DNA from: Mobula hypostoma
Lineage: Eukaryota
Direction: 5' to 3'
Length of the DNA: 64,000 nucleotides
Assembly (NCBI RefSeq): GCF_963921235.1
Contig: NC_086097.1
Span: 231,944,001-232,008,000 of the forward strand
Shown: piece after piece, positions 60,605-64,000 of the stretch
Numbering within the stretch: position 1 is the first letter of the stretch
How the letters are laid out: every line of letters begins with the position of its first letter
The notes under the pieces: model-generated
Told to the model about the DNA's origin: nothing
Seen by the model: only the letters and a program-made list of their open reading frames with translations
Databases searched by the model: none
Program-made: the position numbers and the translations under genes

Positions 60605-61947
60605 GGGATGGGGTACGAAGGAGAGGTGGGGCATTAACAGAAGTTAGAGAAGTCAATGTTCATGCCATCAGGTTGGAGCCTACCCAGACGGAATATAAGG
60701 TGTTGTCCCTCCAACCTGAGTGTGGCTTCATCTTTACAGTAGAGGAGGCCATGGATAGACATATCAGAATGGGAATGGAACGTGGAATTAAAATGTGTGG
60801 CCACTGGGAGGTCCTGCTTTCTCTGGCGGACAGAGCGTAGGTGTTCAGCGAAATGGTCTCCCAGCCTGCGTCAGGTCTCGCCGATATATAGAAGCCCGCA
60901 TCGGGAGCACCAGATGCAGTATATCACCCCAGCCGACTCTCAGGTGAAGTGTCACCTCATCTGGAAGGGCCGTCTGGGGCCCTGAATGGTGGTGAGGGAG
61001 GAAGTGTAAGGGCACTTGTTCCGCTCACAAGGATAAGTGCCGGGAGGGAGATCGGTGGGAAGGGATGGGGGAGACGAATGGACAAGGGAGTCTCGTAGGG
61101 AGCAATCCCTGTGGAAAGCAGAAAGAGTGGGGGAGGGAAAGATGTGCTTAGTGGTGGGATCCCCTTGGAGGTGGCGGAAATTACGGAGAATTGTATGTTG
61201 GACCTGGAGGCTGGTGGGGTGGTAGGTGAGGACAAGGGGAACCGTATTCCTAGTGTGGTGGGAGGATGGGGTGAGAGCAGATGTGCGTGAAATGGGAGAG
61301 ATGTATTTGAGAGCAGAGTTAATGGTGGAGGAAGGGAAGCCCCTTTCTTTAAAAAAGGAGGACATCTCCTTCATCCTGGAATGAAAAGCCTCATCCTGAG
61401 AGCAGATGCAGCGGAGATGGAGGAATTGCGAGAAGGGGATGGTATTTTTGCAAGAGACAGGGTGGAAAGAGGAATAGTCCAGATAGCTGTGAGAGTCAGT
61501 AGGCTTATAGTAGACATCAGTAGATAAGCTGTCTCCAGAGATAAAGACAGAAAGATCAAGAAAGGGGAGGGAGGTGTCGGAAATGGACTAGGTAAACTTG
61601 AGGGCAGGGTGAAAGTTGGAGGCAAAGTTAATAAAGTCAACGAGCTCAGCACGCGTGCAGGAAGCAGCGCCAATGCAGTCGTCGATGTAGCGAAGGAGAA
61701 GTGGGGGACAGATGCCAGAATAGGCTTGGAACATGGATTGTTCCACAAAGCCAACAAAAAGGCAGGCATAGCTGGGACCCTTACGAGTGCCCATGGCTAC
61801 ACCTTTAGTTTGGAGGAAGTGGGAGGAGCCAAAGGAGAAATTATTAAGAGTACCTCTTCCTACAGGTGCTGCCTGGCCTGCTGCGTTCACCTGCACTTTT
61901 ATGTGTGTTGCTTGAATTTCCAGCATCTGCAGATTTACTCGTGTTTT
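60218..61947 (-). mobile_element. Penelope-like element (RT C-half plus GIY-YIG endonuclease) with an inverted partial pLTR
   Basis: QTKGVAMGT..PSYACLF, LRYIDD and VIYCIWCSRCGLLYIGET; inverted repeat 60218-60284 versus 61850-61912; 9-bp TSD CAGAAGAAA (60209-60217, 61948-61956); inserted in a Rex1 tail (60040-62110). Confidence 0.93.
60285..60320 (-). ncRNA. Minimal type I hammerhead ribozyme in the Penelope pLTR
   Basis: AGUC-CUGACGA-A-GGG-UCUCGG-CCC-GAAA-CGUC^GACU: both core boxes, stem I AGUC/GACU, stem II GGG/CCC, palindromic ACGU in place of stem III. Confidence 0.8.
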
Positions 61948-62209
61948 CAGAAGAAAACAAACTGTGCAAATAGAAAAGAAGAAATAATCATTATAAATAA
62001 ATAAACAATAAATATAGAGAACATAAGATGGGGAGTCCTTGAAAGCGAATCCATTGGTTATGGGAACATTTCAATGATGGGGCTAGTAAAGTTGAGTGAA
62101 GTTATTCCCATATTAACTCATTCAGACCCATCAATGTCATTGCAAACTGAATGTGTTAAATAAATAAATATATATATATACATAGAAATTTAAAACAAAA
62201 ACCCATAGA

Positions 62210-62450
62210 ATCGATGCTTTTACAGCTCTTACAACTCCGCTGTTCGGAGTTCAGTTCTAGCGCTGTTCTGTAAGGAGTTTGTACATCTGCCCTGTGGAAT
62301 GTGTGGGTTCCCTAGGTGTTCTGGTTTTCTCCCAAGATCCAAACACTTACCAGATAGGTTGATAGGTCATTGTAAATTGTCCCATGATCAAATTAGGTTA
62401 ATCGGGGCTATCGGGTATTGCTAGGCCACGTGGCCTTAAAATAAAATAAA
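62210..62450 (+). mobile_element. V-SINE-like tRNA SINE
   Basis: CTGTAAGGAGTTTGTAC..GTGGGTTCCCTAGGTGTTCTGGTTTTCTCCCA; homologous to 27450-27742. Confidence 0.75.
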
Positions 62451-62466
62451 CCTGCATAATTTGATC

Positions 62467-62650
62467 AACACACACAAAATGCTGGAGAAACTCAGCAGGC
62501 TGGGCAGAATCTATGGAAAAATATGCAGTCGACATTTTGGGCCAAGAGCCCTCCGGCAGGATGGGAGGAAAAAAAACTGAGGAGTGGATTTAAAATGTGG
62601 GGGGAGGGGAGAGAGAAATTCCAGGCCATAGGTGAAAATTGGAGGGGATA
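62467..62650 (-). mobile_element. Penelope pLTR fragment, decayed
   Basis: Homologous to 51260-51356 and 60221-60400. Confidence 0.7.
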
Positions 62651-64000
62651 ATCTGCATAATTTGAATCCTATCAACCATAACATGATTCTAGGGGTTAAA
62701 AGAAATATGAAGCTGGAAACAAAAGGAACAAGTGGTTTATGCCAACACTACTCTCACTTAGTACCCTTGGAGCAAAAATTATCTAGTATTCTGTCAGAAT
62801 CTTTAATTGTCTGAAACTTAAGTTTATGTCCTTTTAACAAGAGTTTAACCATACTGTGAAATTCATTCTTATTGATTCAGAAACCACATTTCATTGAACT
62901 AAGACTATTCCAAGTGTTTCATCTGGCTTAACAAAATAGTAGGTTGGAAAGATGTGAACGGCAGGGATAAAAGATCACAGGGTTCAGCATATACAATATA
63001 AGGTAACCCTTCCAATACTATGACATGGTAAAACCCCTTCAATATACACAGAGGATTCATTTTTAATATTCCCTATCGGCTGATCCTGTATCTACCTCTT
63101 GCTATAGCTGGCTGATGTGAGATCATTCTTAGTTTCAAACCATGGTTTTGGTGACTTAAACTTAGATTTTATAATATTGTAATTGTAAAGCAATGCAATA
63201 AGATGATGAAGGCTGGAAGTCTACAACTACCATTTGATATCAGCACAGGCTTATTGAAGTATTTGTCTTCAAGTCCTAATGCAGGAAATAATCTCTTAAA
63301 ATAGTTTTCATTTTGACATTGACATCAATAGATTAATATTTAATTACATAAGTACATGTTAGTAATATCCCAGAATGCAATTTTCATCTCTTGAAGATCT
63401 CACACTGACAACTACGTCTCTTTATTAAAGTTATGCCTGCAATGGTTTTTGCAATTAACAGTGAACAAATGTCGCTTGCATCAAATGTCTATAGTACATG
63501 CATCATTTTTTCGTCATTCGTACAGATCAGTACCTGACTGGTGTTCTACAGCACCAGAGCAGAAGCTCTTCCACTCACCTCATACAAAATGCTTCATTCA
63601 TGAATCAAGGATGCTCTGTATTTGCTTCTGAGAGCCTTACATGCAGACTTGATCTCATAGCTTCACACTGCTTGGTTTATTTTAATTTATCGCCTCTTTT
63701 CCTCTGCCTCTCAGCTTTGCAAAGAAATGGCTGAAATTATATTTTTAATTTCCTAAAGTCTCTTAAACTATTCTTGCCTTAGTTATGTTTGCTAGGATGC
63801 CTTCACATTTCAATTCCTTGCTCAATGCACCAAAGTTAAAGTCAATGACAAATGAGAAAATCTATTGGAGAAAACCAGGGTGCTGTCAAGATAGTTCACT
63901 CAAATGTACTGAACTGCACTTTGTAGTGGCCAGCATATCCACCTTATAATATCTAGATTCTATGAATATTCCTGCCCAATCTCATCACATTTCTTAATCT

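Overview
Eukaryotic, vertebrate-type genomic DNA, most likely from a cartilaginous fish (shark or ray). This is an inference from the repeat complement: abundant CR1 LINEs with short microsatellite tails, HE1/V-SINE-like tRNA SINEs, a Deu-domain SINE, Rex1/Babar, Penelope and Tc1 elements. By eye, well over half of the window is nested, decayed transposable elements. These are CR1, Rex1/Babar, RTE and L2 LINE fragments, a chromodomain-bearing Gypsy element lacking its RT core, a solo LTR, Penelope-like elements (one with an intact minimal hammerhead ribozyme), a Tc1 transposon and Tc1-derived MITEs, several modular SINEs, and families of short non-coding retroposons that have a 5' AAGATGGC head and a Rex1-type tail. 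Almost all ORFs in the track are TE fragments or their antisense shadows. I could not recognise any host protein-coding gene; a few candidate exons in AT-rich, TE-poor islands are reported at low confidence. The window looks like a large intron or an intergenic region. Boundaries were read by eye and are approximate unless a TSD or TIR is quoted.
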